From positions 1-62,486 of the forward strand of contig JACREE010000012.1 of the NCBI GenBank assembly GCA_016218405.1: DNA of 62,486 nucleotides. The letters run 5' to 3'. A program made the position numbers and the translations under genes. Source of the DNA: Gammaproteobacteria bacterium (GTDB lineage: Bacteria > Pseudomonadota > Gammaproteobacteria > HIGHO2-12-38-15). This document shows, one piece after another, positions 45,686-58,449 of this stretch. Under the pieces are notes generated by a model. That model was not told the DNA's origin. It searched no databases and worked only from the letters and a program-made list of their open reading frames with translations. Each line of letters starts with the position of its first letter. Position 1 is the stretch's first letter.

Positions 45686-47638
45686 TTAACCTTTTAAGGG
45701 CCAAAGAATTAAAATTAAAAAAGCAATGAGGCCAATTGCCATCAGTAGTGAGTAATGATAAATCAAGCCCGACTGTAATTTTCTGCCTAATTTAGCAAGA
45801 AATACAACCGCTCTTCCTGAACCATTCACAAAAAAGTTATCAATAACTACCTGATCACCTGTGTGTGAAAAAGACTGGGCAAGTGATTTACTGCCATCAA
45901 CAAACACCACACGGTTGAAGTCATCAAAACCATATTTTTTGATGAGAATGAAATAGGGAAGCGACAAGACTCGAACAAAAAATTTAGGTAAAGCAGGAAA
46001 AGCGATATAACAAAGCCAAGCTGAAAAAATACCCGAGATGACTAACCAAAAAGCAGGCGAGTGAATACTTTCTTCCATTAATGACCACGCTGTTTGGGGC
46101 GATTCCATGAGATGAGGTACCACACTCTGTGCTAACAAAGGGGGTGTATCAAATAAAAGAGGCTTCACGAGCCACGCACCGAGTAATACAGAAGGAATGG
46201 CTAACAACACCAAGGGAAGCCACACCACCCAAGGCGACTCATGAGGGTGAAGATGTGCGGTGTCATAACGGGGTGTTTGATGGAATGTCATGAAAAGCGA
46301 ACGAAAAGTATAAAATGCAGTGACAAAGCTTCCGGTTAACACACAGAAGTAAGCATAATGCGCGCCAGGTATCGTGGTTTGATGAACAGCATCAATAATG
46401 GCATCTTTTGAAAAGAATCCGGAAAAAGGCGGTAAGGCACAAAGTGCCAGAGAACCTAAGAGATAAGTGAGATAGGTGATGGGCATTAATTTCCAGAGTC
46501 CGCCCATTTTCCGCATATCTTGTTCATGGTGACAAGCTAAAATCACCGAGCCGGCACCCAAAAAGAGTAAGGCTTTAAAGCAAGCATGGGTAGAAAGATG
46601 GAAGATGGCCGCGGTGTAAGCAGAGGCACCGAGTGCAGCCACCATATAACCTAGTTGCGACAAAGTGGAATAAGCAATCACACGCTTAATATCATTTTGA
46701 ACAATCGCAATAAGCCCTGTAAATAATGCACCTGAGGCACCAATAACAAGAATGACACTGAGTGCAGTGGGTGAGTGTTGGTAAAGGGGGGACATGCGAG
46801 CAATCATGTAAATACCCGCTGTCACCATGGTGGCAGCATGGATGAGAGCTGAAATAGGGGTGGGGCCTTCCATGGATTCAGGCAACCAAACATGTAAAGG
46901 AATTTGTGCTGATTTACCCATGGCGCCAACGAAAAGCAGCAGTGAAATTAAAGTAATGACGGACCAAGGGTGCTGAGGAATCACAGTGATCGTTTGTGAG
47001 AGTGTGGTGTCTACTTGCGCGAATACTGCGCTGTAATCAATAGAATGATAAGTCGCTAAAATAGCAGCGATACCTAATAAAAAACCAAAGTCACCAACCC
47101 GGTTAACAATGAATGCTTTTAGGCTGCCTGCTGTGGCGCTATCTTTATTAAACCAAAATCCAATTAATAAATAAGAAGCGACACCTACACCTTCCCATCC
47201 AAAAAATAATTGTAAAAAATTATTTGCAGTCACCAGGGCTAACATGGCAAATGTAAAAAAGGAAACGTAACTGAAAAAACGTTGATAACCTGGGTCGCCC
47301 TGCATGTAACCAATGCTGTAGATATGAACCAGAAGAGAGACAAAAGTCACCACAAGCAACATGAGTACGCTAAGTTGATCAATCAAGAAGCCCACATCAA
47401 AACCCACGCCACCACTGATACCCCAGTGATACACGACAAGATTGAATGTCGGGATATGTTCAATAAACACGAGCTTGGCAAGATAAAGTGATAGCACAAA
47501 TGAAATAAAGACATAGAAGATGGTGGCACGATGCGACCAAGTGCAACCCATTTTCTTACCTAAGAGGCCTGCCACTAATGCACCCAAAAGAGGGAAAAGC
47601 ACAATAGCTATCGTGATATTTGAAATAAGTTGTTCCAC
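45686..47638 (-). CDS. nuoL: NADH-quinone oxidoreductase subunit L
   Basis: 650-aa antiporter-like subunit (WLPESMEGPTPISALIHAATMV). Confidence 0.96.
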   Translation of the reverse strand: MEQLISNITIAIVLFPLLGALVAGLLGKKMGCTWSHRATIFYVFISFVLSLYLAKLVFIEHIPTFNLVVYHWGISGGVGFDVGFLIDQLSVLMLLVVTFVSLLVHIYSIGYMQGDPGYQRFFSYVSFFTFAMLALVTANNFLQLFFGWEGVGVASYLLIGFWFNKDSATAGSLKAFIVNRVGDFGFLLGIAAILATYHSIDYSAVFAQVDTTLSQTITVIPQHPWSVITLISLLLFVGAMGKSAQIPLHVWLPESMEGPTPISALIHAATMVTAGIYMIARMSPLYQHSPTALSVILVIGASGALFTGLIAIVQNDIKRVIAYSTLSQLGYMVAALGASAYTAAIFHLSTHACFKALLFLGAGSVILACHHEQDMRKMGGLWKLMPITYLTYLLGSLALCALPPFSGFFSKDAIIDAVHQTTIPGAHYAYFCVLTGSFVTAFYTFRSLFMTFHQTPRYDTAHLHPHESPWVVWLPLVLLAIPSVLLGAWLVKPLLFDTPPLLAQSVVPHLMESPQTAWSLMEESIHSPAFWLVISGIFSAWLCYIAFPALPKFFVRVLSLPYFILIKKYGFDDFNRVVFVDGSKSLAQSFSHTGDQVVIDNFFVNGSGRAVVFLAKLGRKLQSGLIYHYSLLMAIGLIAFLILILWPLKG

Positions 47639-47641
47639 AAG

Positions 47642-47947
47642 TTAACCCTTTAGTTCATCCAGTTCTGCTACAGCGATAGTGTGTTTATGACGATAAAACA
47701 CCATGAGTATAGCCAAACCAATAGCAGCTTCTGCCGCTGCAACCGTTAAAATGAAAAATACAAACACCTGACCTGATATATCATTCAATGAATTGGAAAA
47801 TGCAATTAGATTAAAGTTCACGGCAAGAAGCAATAACTCCACACACATCAATAAATTAATTAAATTTTTTCGGTTCACGACAAAGCCCGTCAACCCTAAA
47901 CAAAATAAAATAGCGCCTAAAATTAAAAAATGACTCAAATTAATCAT
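47642..47947 (-). CDS. nuoK: NADH-quinone oxidoreductase subunit K
   Basis: 101 aa with 3 TM helices; operon position fits. Confidence 0.95.
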   Translation of the reverse strand: MINLSHFLILGAILFCLGLTGFVVNRKNLINLLMCVELLLLAVNFNLIAFSNSLNDISGQVFVFFILTVAAAEAAIGLAILMVFYRHKHTIAVAELDELKG

Positions 47948-48543
47948 GGTTTCTTTTCCGTAGGCATAGAGAGAAGACGAACACGGTCAGCGCGTTTAAT
48001 ATAAAGTTGTTTTTCCGTGTTTTGTGTTTTTTTGTTGCTGGGTTGGCGTGGGTTGAGCGAAATGGCTGCCACAATGGCAACCAGCAAGAGCACTGCTGCA
48101 AGTTCAAACGGATACACATAGTGGGTGTAAAGTACCTTACCTAATACTTGAACATTGCTGTAATCTTGATCTTGAATGATAGGTTGACCTATAGAAAGAA
48201 AATGAGCAGGTTTCAAGACAAATAAGAGTAGAGCAGCTAAAAGGGCCATGAGTAAAAGCCCAAAAGGAAGGTAGTGGACAAAAGTTTGTTTTTTGATGTC
48301 CGCATCCAAGTTGATCGTCATGACAACAAATAAGAAAAGTGTCATGACCGCCCCTACGTATACTAAAATAAGAATGAGTGCTAAAAATTCTGCTTGGAGC
48401 ATGAGCCATAAACAGGCGCTAAATACAAATGCCAAGACAAGCGATAAGGCAGAGTGAACAGGGTTTCGTAAAAAAACAACGCCCACCGCAGATAGAACCA
48501 CACCTGCAGCAAAAAGATAGAAAAAAATCGTTTCAAGTAACAT
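47944..48543 (-). CDS. nuoJ: NADH-quinone oxidoreductase subunit J
   Basis: 199-aa membrane subunit; operon position fits. Confidence 0.93.
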   Translation of the reverse strand: MLLETIFFYLFAAGVVLSAVGVVFLRNPVHSALSLVLAFVFSACLWLMLQAEFLALILILVYVGAVMTLFLFVVMTINLDADIKKQTFVHYLPFGLLLMALLAALLLFVLKPAHFLSIGQPIIQDQDYSNVQVLGKVLYTHYVYPFELAAVLLLVAIVAAISLNPRQPSNKKTQNTEKQLYIKRADRVRLLSMPTEKKP

Positions 48544-48556
48544 AGTGCCTCAAAAT

Positions 48557-49051
48557 TTAGCGGTAAGGTTCATCAAGTGTTTTATCAGCCGCAATTTGCG
48601 CTTCATATTTATCGCCGATAGCCAGTAACTTCTCTTTTGTCATAATTTGTTGGCCACGTTCTTCAAAGTGATAATGCATGTTTTTGGTTACCACGATTGA
48701 ATCAACAGGGCAGGATTCTTCACAAAAGCCACAGTAAATACATTTGAATAAATCAATTTCATAAGAAGTGGTTCGACGTTGACCATCAGATTTTCTGGGT
48801 TCTGCTTCGATGGTGATAGCCAAGGCCGGACAAACAGCCTCACATAATTTACAAGCAATGCAGCGTTCTTCACCATTCGGGTAACGACGCAGAGCCAACA
48901 ATCCACGAAAACGTGGAGAGGTGGGAGTGTTTTCTTCTGGAAACTGAAGTGTTACTTTTTTAGAAAAGAAGTACTTTCCCGTTAGCCATAGGCCTTGAAA
49001 TAATTCAACAAGTAGTATCGTTTTTAAATAATATTTTAATTTAGAGATCAT
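48557..49051 (-). CDS. nuoI: NADH-quinone oxidoreductase subunit I
   Basis: Two 4Fe-4S motifs, [12 protein letters not shown] and [12 protein letters not shown]. Confidence 0.97.
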   Translation of the reverse strand: MISKLKYYLKTILLVELFQGLWLTGKYFFSKKVTLQFPEENTPTSPRFRGLLALRRYPNGEERCIACKLCEAVCPALAITIEAEPRKSDGQRRTTSYEIDLFKCIYCGFCEESCPVDSIVVTKNMHYHFEERGQQIMTKEKLLAIGDKYEAQIAADKTLDEPYR

Positions 49052-49054
49052 AAG

Positions 49055-50119
49055 TTATCCCACGAAGGTGTCATGAGTAATCGCCATGCGTTCTTCGGTA
49101 AACCATGGGCCAAGATGAGATTCAATAGAAAATCCAAGCACAACAATCCACAAAATAGTGATGGGGATTAATACTTTCCAGCCCAGGCGCATAATTTGAT
49201 CGTAACGATAGCGAGGAAAGGTAGCGCGTAACCAAATTAGCAAAAATAAGAATCCACTTGTTTTAAGGAGTAACCAGGCAAAACCAGGTACCCAATCAAA
49301 CCAAGCATCTAATACGGGTATATTTTCAAAAGGAGAAAGCCAGCCTCCCAAAAATAATAATGCCGCGATCGCAGACACTAAAATCATGTTGGCATATTCA
49401 GCCATAAAGAAAATGGCGAAAGTCATGCCGGAATACTCAACATGAAAACCCGCTACGATTTCAGATTCTCCTTCCGCGACGTCAAAAGGTGCGCGGTTTG
49501 TTTCAGCCACCGCAGAAACCCAATAAACGAAGAAGAGAGGCAAGAGGGGGATCCAAAACCAATGTAAGATACCACCTTGTTGGTGCAAGACGATATCTTG
49601 TAGATTAAGCGTGCCACTGGCCATGAGCACGCCAACAAATGCAAAGCCCATGGCAATTTCATAGGAAATGGTCTGGGCAGCTGAACGCATAGCGCCTAAA
49701 AGCGCATATTTTGAATTGGAAGCCCATCCAGCAATGAGAATGCCATACACCCCTAAAGAGCTGATGGCAAATAGATAGAGTAATCCTGCATTGATATTGG
49801 ATAAAACCAAACCCTCACTGAAAGGAATGACTGCCCAAGCAGCCAGCGCAGGAACCAGGGCTAAAACGGGTGCAATCAAAAATAAATAACGATTGGAGGC
49901 GGTAGGAATAATCAGTTCTTTCGTAAGTAATTTGAAAAAATCCGCAAAGGGTTGTGCTAAACCATAGATACCTACACGGTTAGGACCAATTCGGCCTTGG
50001 ATATAACCAATAATTTTTCGTTCTAGGTAAGTTAAATAGGCAACGAAAAGCAGAAGAGGCAGCGTGATAAGGACTACTTTAATCAGCGTATAAATTAAAA
50101 TAAAAATATCATGGATCAT
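49055..50119 (-). CDS. nuoH: NADH-quinone oxidoreductase subunit H
   Basis: 354-aa polytopic protein with RAPFD..EGESE motifs. Confidence 0.97.
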   Translation of the reverse strand: MIHDIFILIYTLIKVVLITLPLLLFVAYLTYLERKIIGYIQGRIGPNRVGIYGLAQPFADFFKLLTKELIIPTASNRYLFLIAPVLALVPALAAWAVIPFSEGLVLSNINAGLLYLFAISSLGVYGILIAGWASNSKYALLGAMRSAAQTISYEIAMGFAFVGVLMASGTLNLQDIVLHQQGGILHWFWIPLLPLFFVYWVSAVAETNRAPFDVAEGESEIVAGFHVEYSGMTFAIFFMAEYANMILVSAIAALLFLGGWLSPFENIPVLDAWFDWVPGFAWLLLKTSGFLFLLIWLRATFPRYRYDQIMRLGWKVLIPITILWIVVLGFSIESHLGPWFTEERMAITHDTFVG

Positions 50120-52506
50120 GCTGAAGCCTTCTCTAATAAAATTTCACCAAAGGGCACACTCAAGCCAGCTGTTTCTTCAAATCCTGCAGGAATATAAACG
50201 CAATCATCAGGAATAGATGCGTCAATATGTACAGGCAAAATTATTTCTTTGCGATTCACCTGAGCCATTTCACCCGCTGATAAAGCAAATTTGTCTGCTG
50301 TTTTCTGGTTTAAATGAAGTCGAGGTGATTCATGAAGGGGGGTTGCTTGTAAAGCTTCAGCGTGCCGAACTAAACTGTCTGTTTGATAGAGAGGCCAAGC
50401 AATAATACGGGAAACCATGCCAGCAGCGGGGGAGAAATTGGCGTGCAATGAAAGGGTTTGTGGGTGAGACGATGAGGGAGACGCGGGTGTCAGTTGTTGA
50501 AGTTCGTCGCGGATCATCTCAGAGCTGGTATAACGGAAATCTTCATCAAAACCAAAGAAATTAGCGAGTGCACGTAAAACTTTCCAACCAGGACGAATTT
50601 CGCCGCGAGGAGTGACTGCGCCACGGAATGTTTGCCAAGTACCTGCTACGTTGATGAACGTGCCGGATGTTTCTGCAAAAACAGAGATGGGTAAAATAAC
50701 ATGCGCACGTTCCATTAGTACTCTGTCTGAGAAAGAAGTAAAAGCAATGAGGGTTTCTGCTTCTGAAAATGCAGCCAAAGCTTGTGATGAAAAAGCCAGA
50801 TCTTTGCCGGGTTCAATGCCAAATAAAATATAGGCCTTGAGTTTCTTTTCAAGTGCGTCATGAATAGTTAAGCCGGGTGTAGAAATCGTTTGCCCCGCTG
50901 CTTGACGATGGGGCAATACACCTGCCATCCAAGCACCTGCACTGTTCGCGCCGAAGGTAAGAAAAGCAAGCTTTAAGGGGATGAGGGTAGAAAGTAGTTG
51001 AGAGAGTGTGCGGATAGTGGAGGCATTTGGATGATTTTGTGCAAGCTCACCCAATAATAAACTATTTCGTTTTGTATCTACGAGTCGTTTAGCTAAACGT
51101 TTTATTGTTTCACTCGGGTTTTTTCCAGAGAATGAAGCCGTGAAAAATTCAGGTAAGGATTGAGCTGTGATGTTTGCCACCTCCTGAATTAAACTGGCCA
51201 AAGTAGTGGGTAAAGAAGTAGGATTTTCAATGATTTTGCCAGCAAGATCAAAAGCAAAATCATAATCCATGGCATTGATCGAAAATACTTGTGCTCCTTG
51301 CTGAATCGCTTTTCTGACACGCACAGCCGCGAGCGGTTGTTCGTGATTCAGGTGTGAGCCAAAAATAAGAATGGTTTCTTGTTCTTCCATTTCTTCTAAG
51401 GTCATGCCTGTTAAAGTTGGCATGAGAACTTGGTCGTCTTGATCAGAAAAATCAGATTGATGCAAGCGATGATCAATGTTATTCGAGCCCAATTTTCTCA
51501 GTATTTTTTGTAATAAATACATTTCTTCTATTGTCGAATTAGGAGAAATAAGGGCAGCTAATTGAGAAGGTTCATATAGATCAAGTACACCACTTATTTT
51601 GGCGACCACTGTTCTGAGTGCGATATCCCATTCCACTTCTTGCCATTCGCCACTTATTTTTACCAGCGGTTTGGTTAATCGCTTGTGACTATGAATCCCC
51701 AGATAAGAAAAACGATCGCGATCAGAGAGCCAAGTTTCATTAATTTTTTCGTTTTCACGTGGTACAACACGCATGACTTCTTGTTTGCGAGAATGAATAA
51801 AAAGGTTGGAGCCTAAACAATCATGAGGTGCGATAGAAGGATGTTGTGTTAACTCCCAAGCACGTGCGGTGAATTGAAAAGGTTTGGAGGTGAGTGCGCC
51901 CACAGGACAGAGATCAATGATGTTGGCTGAAATTTCTGAAGTTAAACTTTGCTTGATGTAGGTGCCGATCCAGAGATGTTCGCCTCGTCCCAAGGTTCCT
52001 AATTCCCTGACGCCAGAAATTTCTTCACCGAAACGTACGCAGCGTGTGCACTGAATACAACGTGTCATTTCTGTTGCGACCAAGGGACCCATGTCTTCAT
52101 TGGCGACAGAGCGCTTACCTTCGCTGAAGCGTGTGATATCTTGGCCATACCCCATCGATAGATCTTGTAACTCGCATTCACCTCCTTGATCACAGATAGG
52201 GCAATCAAGGGGGTGATTAATCAATAAAAATTCCATGACAGAACGTTGCGCAATGCGTGCTTTTTCAGATTGAGTAAATACTTTCATGCCTGCTGTTACA
52301 GGTGTTGCACAGGCAGGAAGAGGTTTGCCTACCTTCTCCACTTCAACGAGACACATGCGACAGTTAGCGGCCACAGAGAGTTTTTTGTGATAACAAAAAC
52401 GAGGAATAGGGATGCCAGCTTCGTCCGCTGCCTCAATGACCATTGAGCCAGGTTCAACGTCTAGTTTTTTACCGTCAATTTCAATTTCAATTGTGGCGTT
52501 AGTCAA
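50116..52506 (-). CDS. nuoG: NADH-quinone oxidoreductase subunit G
   Basis: 796 aa with an N-terminal 2Fe-2S/4Fe-4S cysteine cluster ([18 protein letters not shown]) and a molybdopterin-like domain. Confidence 0.97.
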   Translation of the reverse strand: MTNATIEIEIDGKKLDVEPGSMVIEAADEAGIPIPRFCYHKKLSVAANCRMCLVEVEKVGKPLPACATPVTAGMKVFTQSEKARIAQRSVMEFLLINHPLDCPICDQGGECELQDLSMGYGQDITRFSEGKRSVANEDMGPLVATEMTRCIQCTRCVRFGEEISGVRELGTLGRGEHLWIGTYIKQSLTSEISANIIDLCPVGALTSKPFQFTARAWELTQHPSIAPHDCLGSNLFIHSRKQEVMRVVPRENEKINETWLSDRDRFSYLGIHSHKRLTKPLVKISGEWQEVEWDIALRTVVAKISGVLDLYEPSQLAALISPNSTIEEMYLLQKILRKLGSNNIDHRLHQSDFSDQDDQVLMPTLTGMTLEEMEEQETILIFGSHLNHEQPLAAVRVRKAIQQGAQVFSINAMDYDFAFDLAGKIIENPTSLPTTLASLIQEVANITAQSLPEFFTASFSGKNPSETIKRLAKRLVDTKRNSLLLGELAQNHPNASTIRTLSQLLSTLIPLKLAFLTFGANSAGAWMAGVLPHRQAAGQTISTPGLTIHDALEKKLKAYILFGIEPGKDLAFSSQALAAFSEAETLIAFTSFSDRVLMERAHVILPISVFAETSGTFINVAGTWQTFRGAVTPRGEIRPGWKVLRALANFFGFDEDFRYTSSEMIRDELQQLTPASPSSSHPQTLSLHANFSPAAGMVSRIIAWPLYQTDSLVRHAEALQATPLHESPRLHLNQKTADKFALSAGEMAQVNRKEIILPVHIDASIPDDCVYIPAGFEETAGLSVPFGEILLEKASA

Positions 52507-52522
52507 GCTCGTTTCTCCAAAA

Positions 52523-53788
52523 TTAATCTACCATACATTTCTTATGTTCGATGTGATAAATAAATTCATCTCGAAAATGTTTTATAAAACTCTGTACGGG
52601 CATTGCCGCTGCATCACCTAATCCGCAAATGGTGCGCCCCATAATATTGCCTGCAATATTATCCAGCAAAGCCAAATGTTCCATTTTTCCTTCACCATGT
52701 TCTATCTTGTGAATAACGCGTGACATCCAGCCTGTGCCTTCACGACAAGGTGTGCACTGCCCACACGATTCTTCATAATAAAAATGTGAGATGCGTGCAA
52801 GGACACGAACTAAACATGTTGTTTCATCCATCACGATGACGGCACCTGAACCCATCATAGAACCTGCTTTAGCGAGAGAGTCATAATCCATATCGGTTTG
52901 CATCATGATGTCGGCAGGCAAAACAGGCATGGAGGAACCCCCTGGAATCACCGCTTTGAGTTTATTGTTATGACGAACGCCCCCGGCCATGTCTAATAAT
53001 TTGGAAAAAGGTGTGCCCAAGGCCACTTCATAATTACCCGGTTTATTGACATGCCCTGTTACACTAAATATTTTCGTACCCCCATTATTGGGTTTGCCTA
53101 AACTTAAAAACCATTGCCCACCGTGCTGTAAAAGAGGAGGAACAGAAGCCAGTGTTTCAGTGTTGTTGATGGTGGTGGAGCAACCATAAAGTCCATAGTT
53201 AGCAGGGAAGGGAGGTTTAAACCGTGGCATCCCTTTTTTGCCTTCGAGCGATTCCATTAAGGCTGTTTCTTCACCACAAATATACGCACCTGCACCTATG
53301 TGGTTATGAAGTTCAAAATCAACACCCGAATCAAATATATTTTTTCCAATAAAGCCGGCTTTTCTGGCTTCCATGAGCGCTGTTTCACAGCGTTCAAATT
53401 CCGCAAAAAATTCACCGCGTAAATAGTTATAACCCACTGTGGCGCCCATCACATAACCTGCGATGGCCATGCCTTCAATGAGTTGGTGTGGGTTGTTTCT
53501 TAGAATTTCACGATCTTTACACGTACCAGGTTCACCTTCATCTGAGTTACAGAGTATGTATTTTTGGTTGGGCGAAGAACGTGAAATAAAACTCCATTTC
53601 AAACCAGTAGGAAAACCAGCGCCGCCACGACCCCGCAAGGCAGCTGTTTTTAATTCGCTGATGATAAGCTCTGGAGGCGTTTTCTCACGTAAGATTTTAC
53701 GTAAAACGTCATAACCGCCGACACTTAGATAGCTTTCAAGCGACCAAGGTTGAGGCAGATGCAATGTCCGAAAGCAAACTCCATTCAT
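52523..53788 (-). CDS. nuoF: NADH-quinone oxidoreductase subunit F
   Basis: 421 aa with FMN/NADH motifs ([23 protein letters not shown]) and 4Fe-4[13 protein letters not shown]. Confidence 0.98.
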   Translation of the reverse strand: MNGVCFRTLHLPQPWSLESYLSVGGYDVLRKILREKTPPELIISELKTAALRGRGGAGFPTGLKWSFISRSSPNQKYILCNSDEGEPGTCKDREILRNNPHQLIEGMAIAGYVMGATVGYNYLRGEFFAEFERCETALMEARKAGFIGKNIFDSGVDFELHNHIGAGAYICGEETALMESLEGKKGMPRFKPPFPANYGLYGCSTTINNTETLASVPPLLQHGGQWFLSLGKPNNGGTKIFSVTGHVNKPGNYEVALGTPFSKLLDMAGGVRHNNKLKAVIPGGSSMPVLPADIMMQTDMDYDSLAKAGSMMGSGAVIVMDETTCLVRVLARISHFYYEESCGQCTPCREGTGWMSRVIHKIEHGEGKMEHLALLDNIAGNIMGRTICGLGDAAAMPVQSFIKHFRDEFIYHIEHKKCMVD

Positions 53789-54285
53789 GTGCTTGATAAT
53801 CCTCTCAGCAGTTCATCTATTTTTTCAGGCGTTAAATTTTCATAATAAGTTTTGTCGATCATGCACGCAGGTGCACCTGCGCATGCCGCTAAACATTCCA
53901 CTTCTTTAAGAGTAGCATTGCCATCAGACGTGGTTTCGTTAAAAGAGATACCTAATTTATTTTTAAAGTGTTCAGCAATTTTATCGCTACCTTTCAACAT
54001 GCAAGATACATTAGTGCAAACACTGATCTGATGTTTTCCAATAGGTTTTAAGTTATACATGGAATAAAATGTGGCGACTTCAAAAACCGCCATCTTAGGT
54101 AAGCCTAAATAATCAGCCACGGCTTCCATCGCTTCGTCAGAAAGCCATCCTTGATTTTCATCTTGTGCAATATGTAAAGCGGGAATGACCGCCGAACGTT
54201 TTTGTTCGGGTGGGTATTTGGCTAACCAGCTGTCTATTTTACTTTTGGCTGCTTCTGATAAAACAAATTGTGTTTTCTCTACCAT
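53785..54285 (-). CDS. nuoE: NADH-quinone oxidoreductase subunit E
   Basis: 166 aa with a thioredoxin-like 2Fe-2S pattern (CTNVSC...CLAACAGAP). Confidence 0.96.
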   Translation of the reverse strand: MVEKTQFVLSEAAKSKIDSWLAKYPPEQKRSAVIPALHIAQDENQGWLSDEAMEAVADYLGLPKMAVFEVATFYSMYNLKPIGKHQISVCTNVSCMLKGSDKIAEHFKNKLGISFNETTSDGNATLKEVECLAACAGAPACMIDKTYYENLTPEKIDELLRGLSST

Positions 54286-54370
54286 TATTTAATCCAAAAA
54301 ATAAATAATAAAAAACATTCGCTCAAGGCGTCAAAGTGAATTGCTTCACGCAGGACCCAGAGGGAAGAGG

Positions 54371-55624
54371 TTAACGATCTACTTCTCCAAAAACGATATC
54401 TTGACTAGAGAGCACGGTCACCACATCCGCTAACATATGCCCTTGTGTCATTTCATCCAGTGACGCCAAATGATTAAAGCTGGGGGCGCGAATTTTCAAT
54501 CGATAAGGTTTATTGGCACCATCTGAAAGAAGATAAACACCAAATTCACCTTTAGGGTGTTCAACAGCGGCATAAGCTTCACCCGCAGGTAGACAATAAC
54601 CTTCCGTGAAAAGTTTAAAATGGTGAATCATGGATTCCATGTCGCGTTTCATGTTTATGCGACGAGGAGGAACTATTTTATGATCATCAATGCTAACCGG
54701 TCCTGGGTTTTGTCTTAACCAATTGATGCATTGCCTAATAATGTGATTCGATTGGCGGAGTTCTTCAACGCGTACCAAGTAGCGATCATAGCAGTCACCG
54801 TTTAAACCGATGGGGATATCAAAATCAACATGTTCATAGGCTGCATAAGGTTGTTTTTTTCGTAGATCCCAAGCCACGCCCGATCCACGCAACATCGGTC
54901 CGGAAAAACCATTTTGAAGTGCGCGTTCAGCGGTGACAATACCAATATCTACGGTGCGCTGTTTCCAAATACGATTATTTGTCAGAAGCGTTTCATATTC
55001 ATCGACACAACGGGGAAAGCGCTCAGTGAAATCCCAAATGAAATCGAGCAGCGAACCTTGACGATTCGCATTCATTTTTTTTACTTCTTGTTTATTGTGC
55101 CAACGAGAGGGTTGATATTTCGGCATGCTGTCAGGTAAATCACTTTTTACGCCACCAGGACGATAGTAGGTGGCGTGCATACGAGAGCCAGATACGGCTT
55201 CATAACAATCAATTAAATCTTCACGCTCTCTGAATGTATATAAGAAAACGGTCATGGCGCCTAAGTCTAAGGCATGTGCTCCTAACCACAGAAGATGATT
55301 TAAAATACGCGTTATTTCATCAAACAAGGTTCGAATATAGAGTGCGCGAAGGGGGGGGGTAATGCCCAAGAGTTTTTCGATCGCCATCACATAACCATGT
55401 TCATTACACATCATGGAGACGTAATCCAAACGATCCATGTAGCCGATATTCTGGTTATAGGGTTTTGATTCGGCTAATTTTTCTGTTGCACGATGCAGTA
55501 AGCCGATATGCGGATCCGCTTTGGTGATAACTTCGCCGTCCATTTCTAAAATGAGACGTAATACGCCATGCGCAGAAGGATGCTGTGGACCAAAGTTCAT
55601 CGTGAAATTTCGAATATCAGACAT
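54371..55624 (-). CDS. nuoD: NADH-quinone oxidoreductase subunit D
   Basis: 417 aa from the internal Met ([23 protein letters not shown]), with AGGAA upstream. The longer track ORF (to 55687) would overlap nuoC by 71 bp. Confidence 0.96.
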   Translation of the reverse strand: MSDIRNFTMNFGPQHPSAHGVLRLILEMDGEVITKADPHIGLLHRATEKLAESKPYNQNIGYMDRLDYVSMMCNEHGYVMAIEKLLGITPPLRALYIRTLFDEITRILNHLLWLGAHALDLGAMTVFLYTFREREDLIDCYEAVSGSRMHATYYRPGGVKSDLPDSMPKYQPSRWHNKQEVKKMNANRQGSLLDFIWDFTERFPRCVDEYETLLTNNRIWKQRTVDIGIVTAERALQNGFSGPMLRGSGVAWDLRKKQPYAAYEHVDFDIPIGLNGDCYDRYLVRVEELRQSNHIIRQCINWLRQNPGPVSIDDHKIVPPRRINMKRDMESMIHHFKLFTEGYCLPAGEAYAAVEHPKGEFGVYLLSDGANKPYRLKIRAPSFNHLASLDEMTQGHMLADVVTVLSSQDIVFGEVDR

Positions 55625-56291
55625 TTTCTTCCTTATCAGCAGGGTGCTCGTTACGGATAACGCGTGGAACCAATGTGCGTGGTTCAATACTCACCGGTTC
55701 GTAAATAACACGCCCTTGCTGAGCATCATAACGCATCTCAACATCCCCAATTAAAGGGAAGTCTTTTCTGAAGGGATGACCGCTGAATCCGTAATCTGTT
55801 AGGATTCTTCTTAGATCGGGATGGTTTTGAAAAATGATGCCAAATAAATCGTAAGTTTCTCGTTCATTCCAGTTAGCAGAACTCCAAATATCCGTAACAG
55901 AGTCAACACAAAGTGGATCATTATCCACAAAAACACGCAAACGAAGTCGGTGATTGTGTGTGATTGACAGCAAATGATAAACAACGGCAAAACGAGGCTT
56001 ATTCCAAGTAAGAACAGTGTGCCCCTCCTTAGAAACGGCACGTTCAAAACCGCTGGAGGTGGCGGAGGTGGTTGTCCATTCTGAAATGCCATATTGCAAA
56101 TAATCCACACCACATATGTCCATGAGTTCTTCAAACTTTAAATCCACGTCATCGCGAAGAACAACGCACAAGGAACGAAGATGTTCTCGTGAGACTTCAA
56201 GTGTCAGTTCTTCGTGCGCTATGGCTGAAGTAAGCACAAAATCAGCATAACGTTCTTGAATGAGGGAGGAGATATGTTTGAGGTCAGTCAT
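55617..56291 (-). CDS. nuoC: NADH-quinone oxidoreductase subunit C
   Basis: 224 aa with the NERE.YD.FGI motif ([13 protein letters not shown]). nuoC and nuoD are separate, not fused. Confidence 0.96.
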   Translation of the reverse strand: MTDLKHISSLIQERYADFVLTSAIAHEELTLEVSREHLRSLCVVLRDDVDLKFEELMDICGVDYLQYGISEWTTTSATSSGFERAVSKEGHTVLTWNKPRFAVVYHLLSITHNHRLRLRVFVDNDPLCVDSVTDIWSSANWNERETYDLFGIIFQNHPDLRRILTDYGFSGHPFRKDFPLIGDVEMRYDAQQGRVIYEPVSIEPRTLVPRVIRNEHPADKEENV

Positions 56292-56788
56292 TAGCCTTCC
56301 TCACGAATAAAAATATTCTTATGTTTGAGTTTATTTTGTAGCTGGATAATGCCATAGACTAAGGCTTCTGCGGTGGGTGGACAACCGGGCACATAAATAT
56401 CAACAGGAACAATACGATCACAACCACGGACAACGGAATAAGAGTAATGGTAATAACCTCCACCATTCGCACAGGACCCCATGGAAATCACCCATTTAGG
56501 ATCGGACATTTGGTCGTAAACTTTTCGCAAAGCAGGCGCCATTTTGTTGCAGAGCGTGCCAGCGACAATCATCACATCTGACTGGCGAGGGCTGGGACGA
56601 AAAATCATGCCGAATCGATCAAGATCGTAGCGGGATGCGCCTGCTTGCATCATTTCAACAGCACAGCATGCCAAGCCGAAGGTGACAGGCCACATAGAGC
56701 CACTGCGTGCCCAACCCAGCAACTTTTCAAGACTCGTCACCGCAAAACCGTGATGTTGGACTTTTTCTAAAACAGCATCTATTCCCAT
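56291..56788 (-). CDS. nuoB: NADH-quinone oxidoreductase subunit B
   Basis: GLACCAVEM and GCPP motifs. Start chosen at MGIDAVLEK (the track ORF begins 21 nt upstream at 56809). Confidence 0.95.
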   Translation of the reverse strand: MGIDAVLEKVQHHGFAVTSLEKLLGWARSGSMWPVTFGLACCAVEMMQAGASRYDLDRFGMIFRPSPRQSDVMIVAGTLCNKMAPALRKVYDQMSDPKWVISMGSCANGGGYYHYSYSVVRGCDRIVPVDIYVPGCPPTAEALVYGIIQLQNKLKHKNIFIREEG

Positions 56789-57135
56789 TCGAGCGCACCT
56801 TTTTTCCACTCATAAATGAAACCAATCACCAAAAGCCCCAAAAATATCATCATGGCCCAAAAACCGAACCAACCGATATCATTTAAGACAACAGCCCAAG
56901 GCACGAAGAAGGCTGTTTCAAGATCAAAAATGATAAAAAGAATGGCAACAAGGTAGTAACGAACGTCAAAAGGAAGACGGGCATCTTCAAAGGCGGGGAA
57001 ACCACATTCATAAGCAGCTAATTTTTCTTTATTGGGTTTTTTTGGGCCTAAAATCCATCCACCTAAGATGGGTAGAACCCCCATGACAATGCCCAGCAAA
57101 ATAAAAATGAGTATTGGTAAATATTGTCCTAACAT
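56779..57135 (-). CDS. nuoA: NADH-quinone oxidoreductase subunit A
   Basis: 118 aa with 3 TM helices and the YECGF motif. Confidence 0.96.
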   Translation of the reverse strand: MLGQYLPILIFILLGIVMGVLPILGGWILGPKKPNKEKLAAYECGFPAFEDARLPFDVRYYLVAILFIIFDLETAFFVPWAVVLNDIGWFGFWAMMIFLGLLVIGFIYEWKKGALEWE

Positions 57136-57264
57136 GCTGATTTTTATCCCAGAACGCTTCGTTAAAGAACGGGCGTATTATAATTCCAGTCAGTCGATAA
57201 TAAAAGTAAAAAATTAGGTGATTGACCGCATTATAGTGGTTTCCTAAAAAGTTGAGCTAAAAGA

Positions 57265-57349
57265 TGGTGCCGAAGGCCGGACTCGAACCGGCACGGCTTA
57301 CGCCACCGCCCCCTCAAGACGGCGTGTCTACCAATTTCACCACTTCGGC
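57265..57349 (-). tRNA. tRNA-Leu (anticodon GAG)
   Basis: Minus-strand sequence is GCCGAAGTGGTGAAATTGGTAGACACGCCGTCTTGAGGGGGCGGTGGCGTAAGCCGTGCCGGTTCGAGTCCGGCCTTCGGCACCA. It is 85 nt with a long variable arm and anticodon loop TTGAGGG. Confidence 0.92.
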
Positions 57350-57352
57350 TAA

Positions 57353-57682
57353 TTACTCCTTGACTATCCCGCTGGGTGCAGGTTGTTGCTCAGACAGAGA
57401 AGGGTTGTTTTGTACTACTTTTTCAATGCCTTGCAGTAAATCGGGGGCACGTTGATGTGCGCCTAGATATCCTAACCATAAACAATTTGCAAAAAACAGA
57501 ACAGCTAAAATGCGTGTAAATTTTGTTAAAAATGTTGCAGAACCTTGCGCACCAAATAAGGTTTGTGAAGCGCCGCTGCCAAAAGAAGCTCCCATATCTG
57601 CACCCTTGCCATGTTGCAGCAAAACAAGGGAAATTAAACCCAGGCAAATGAGGACGTGTAAAACTAAAAAAAACTGAAACAT
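57353..57682 (-). CDS. secG: Preprotein translocase subunit SecG
   Basis: 109 aa with [24 protein letters not shown]. Its stop is 3 nt from the tRNA-Leu 5' end. Confidence 0.93.
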   Translation of the reverse strand: MFQFFLVLHVLICLGLISLVLLQHGKGADMGASFGSGASQTLFGAQGSATFLTKFTRILAVLFFANCLWLGYLGAHQRAPDLLQGIEKVVQNNPSLSEQQPAPSGIVKE

Positions 57683-57696
57683 AAAAGATAATCCAT

Positions 57697-58449
57697 CTAA
57701 ATTTTCGTTGTTCGGCAGAGCTGAATAAATTCTTCTTTTTTTAGTGACGCACCACCAATAAGACCACCATCTACATCAGGCAAACTAAATAATTCGCGTG
57801 CATTGTTGGGTTTCACGCTTCCGCCATAGAGTATTCTAATTTTATTAGCAAGGGAAGAGTCTTTTTCAGCAATTTTTTCGCGAATAAATGCATGGACCAC
57901 TTGTGCTTCATCGGGTGTGGCTGTTTTTCCCGTTCCAATGGCCCAAACGGGTTCATAAGCAATAGTCATATTTGCCAGGTAATCCTGTGTTAAAAACGGG
58001 AGAAGTTGTGAGTTGATCACTTGAAACGTTAAGTTCGCATTTCGTTCAGACTGGGTTTCACCCAAGCAAAGAATAGGGTTGAGCCCCTGCTGGGAGGCGC
58101 GTTGATATTTTTGTAGAAGTAATTCGTTGCTTTCTTGATGGTAAGCGCGTCGTTCAGAATGTCCAATGAGGACATAATAACAGCCCATATCAGTTAACAT
58201 GCTTGCTGATACTTCGCCTGTATAGGCACCTTCATCATGCGCACTCAGATCTTGGGCACCAAAACGAATAGGGGTGGCGCGTAAAATGTCTTGCGTTAAT
58301 GCTAGATAAGGGTAGGGAGGAAAAACGGCAATTTCATTTTCACTGCCTTGTGTGGCAACAGCCAATCCTTCGAGTAAAGTTTTTGTTAAATTCTGACTCC
58401 CATTCATTTTCCAGTTAGCCGCGATGAGCATTTTCCTTTTTGGCATCAT
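57697..58449 (-). CDS. tpiA: Triosephosphate isomerase
   Basis: 250 aa with [15 protein letters not shown] and [11 protein letters not shown] motifs. Its start overlaps the dnaJ stop (TAATG). Confidence 0.96.
   Translation of the reverse strand: MMPKRKMLIAANWKMNGSQNLTKTLLEGLAVATQGSENEIAVFPPYPYLALTQDILRATPIRFGAQDLSAHDEGAYTGEVSASMLTDMGCYYVLIGHSERRAYHQESNELLLQKYQRASQQGLNPILCLGETQSERNANLTFQVINSQLLPFLTQDYLANMTIAYEPVWAIGTGKTATPDEAQVVHAFIREKIAEKDSSLANKIRILYGGSVKPNNARELFSLPDVDGGLIGGASLKKEEFIQLCRTTKI

Noticed and set aside
55351-55359. G9 homopolymer (C9 on the coding strand) inside nuoD, and a similar G-run in dnaK near 61224
   Set aside because: Both are in frame (encoding ..TPPL.. and ..APPQ..) in intact essential genes. 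There is no evidence of a frameshift or phase variation.
55625-55687. N-terminal extension of nuoD ([21 protein letters not shown])
   Set aside because: It would overlap nuoC by 71 bp. The conserved NuoD N-terminus begins at the internal Met, which has an RBS.
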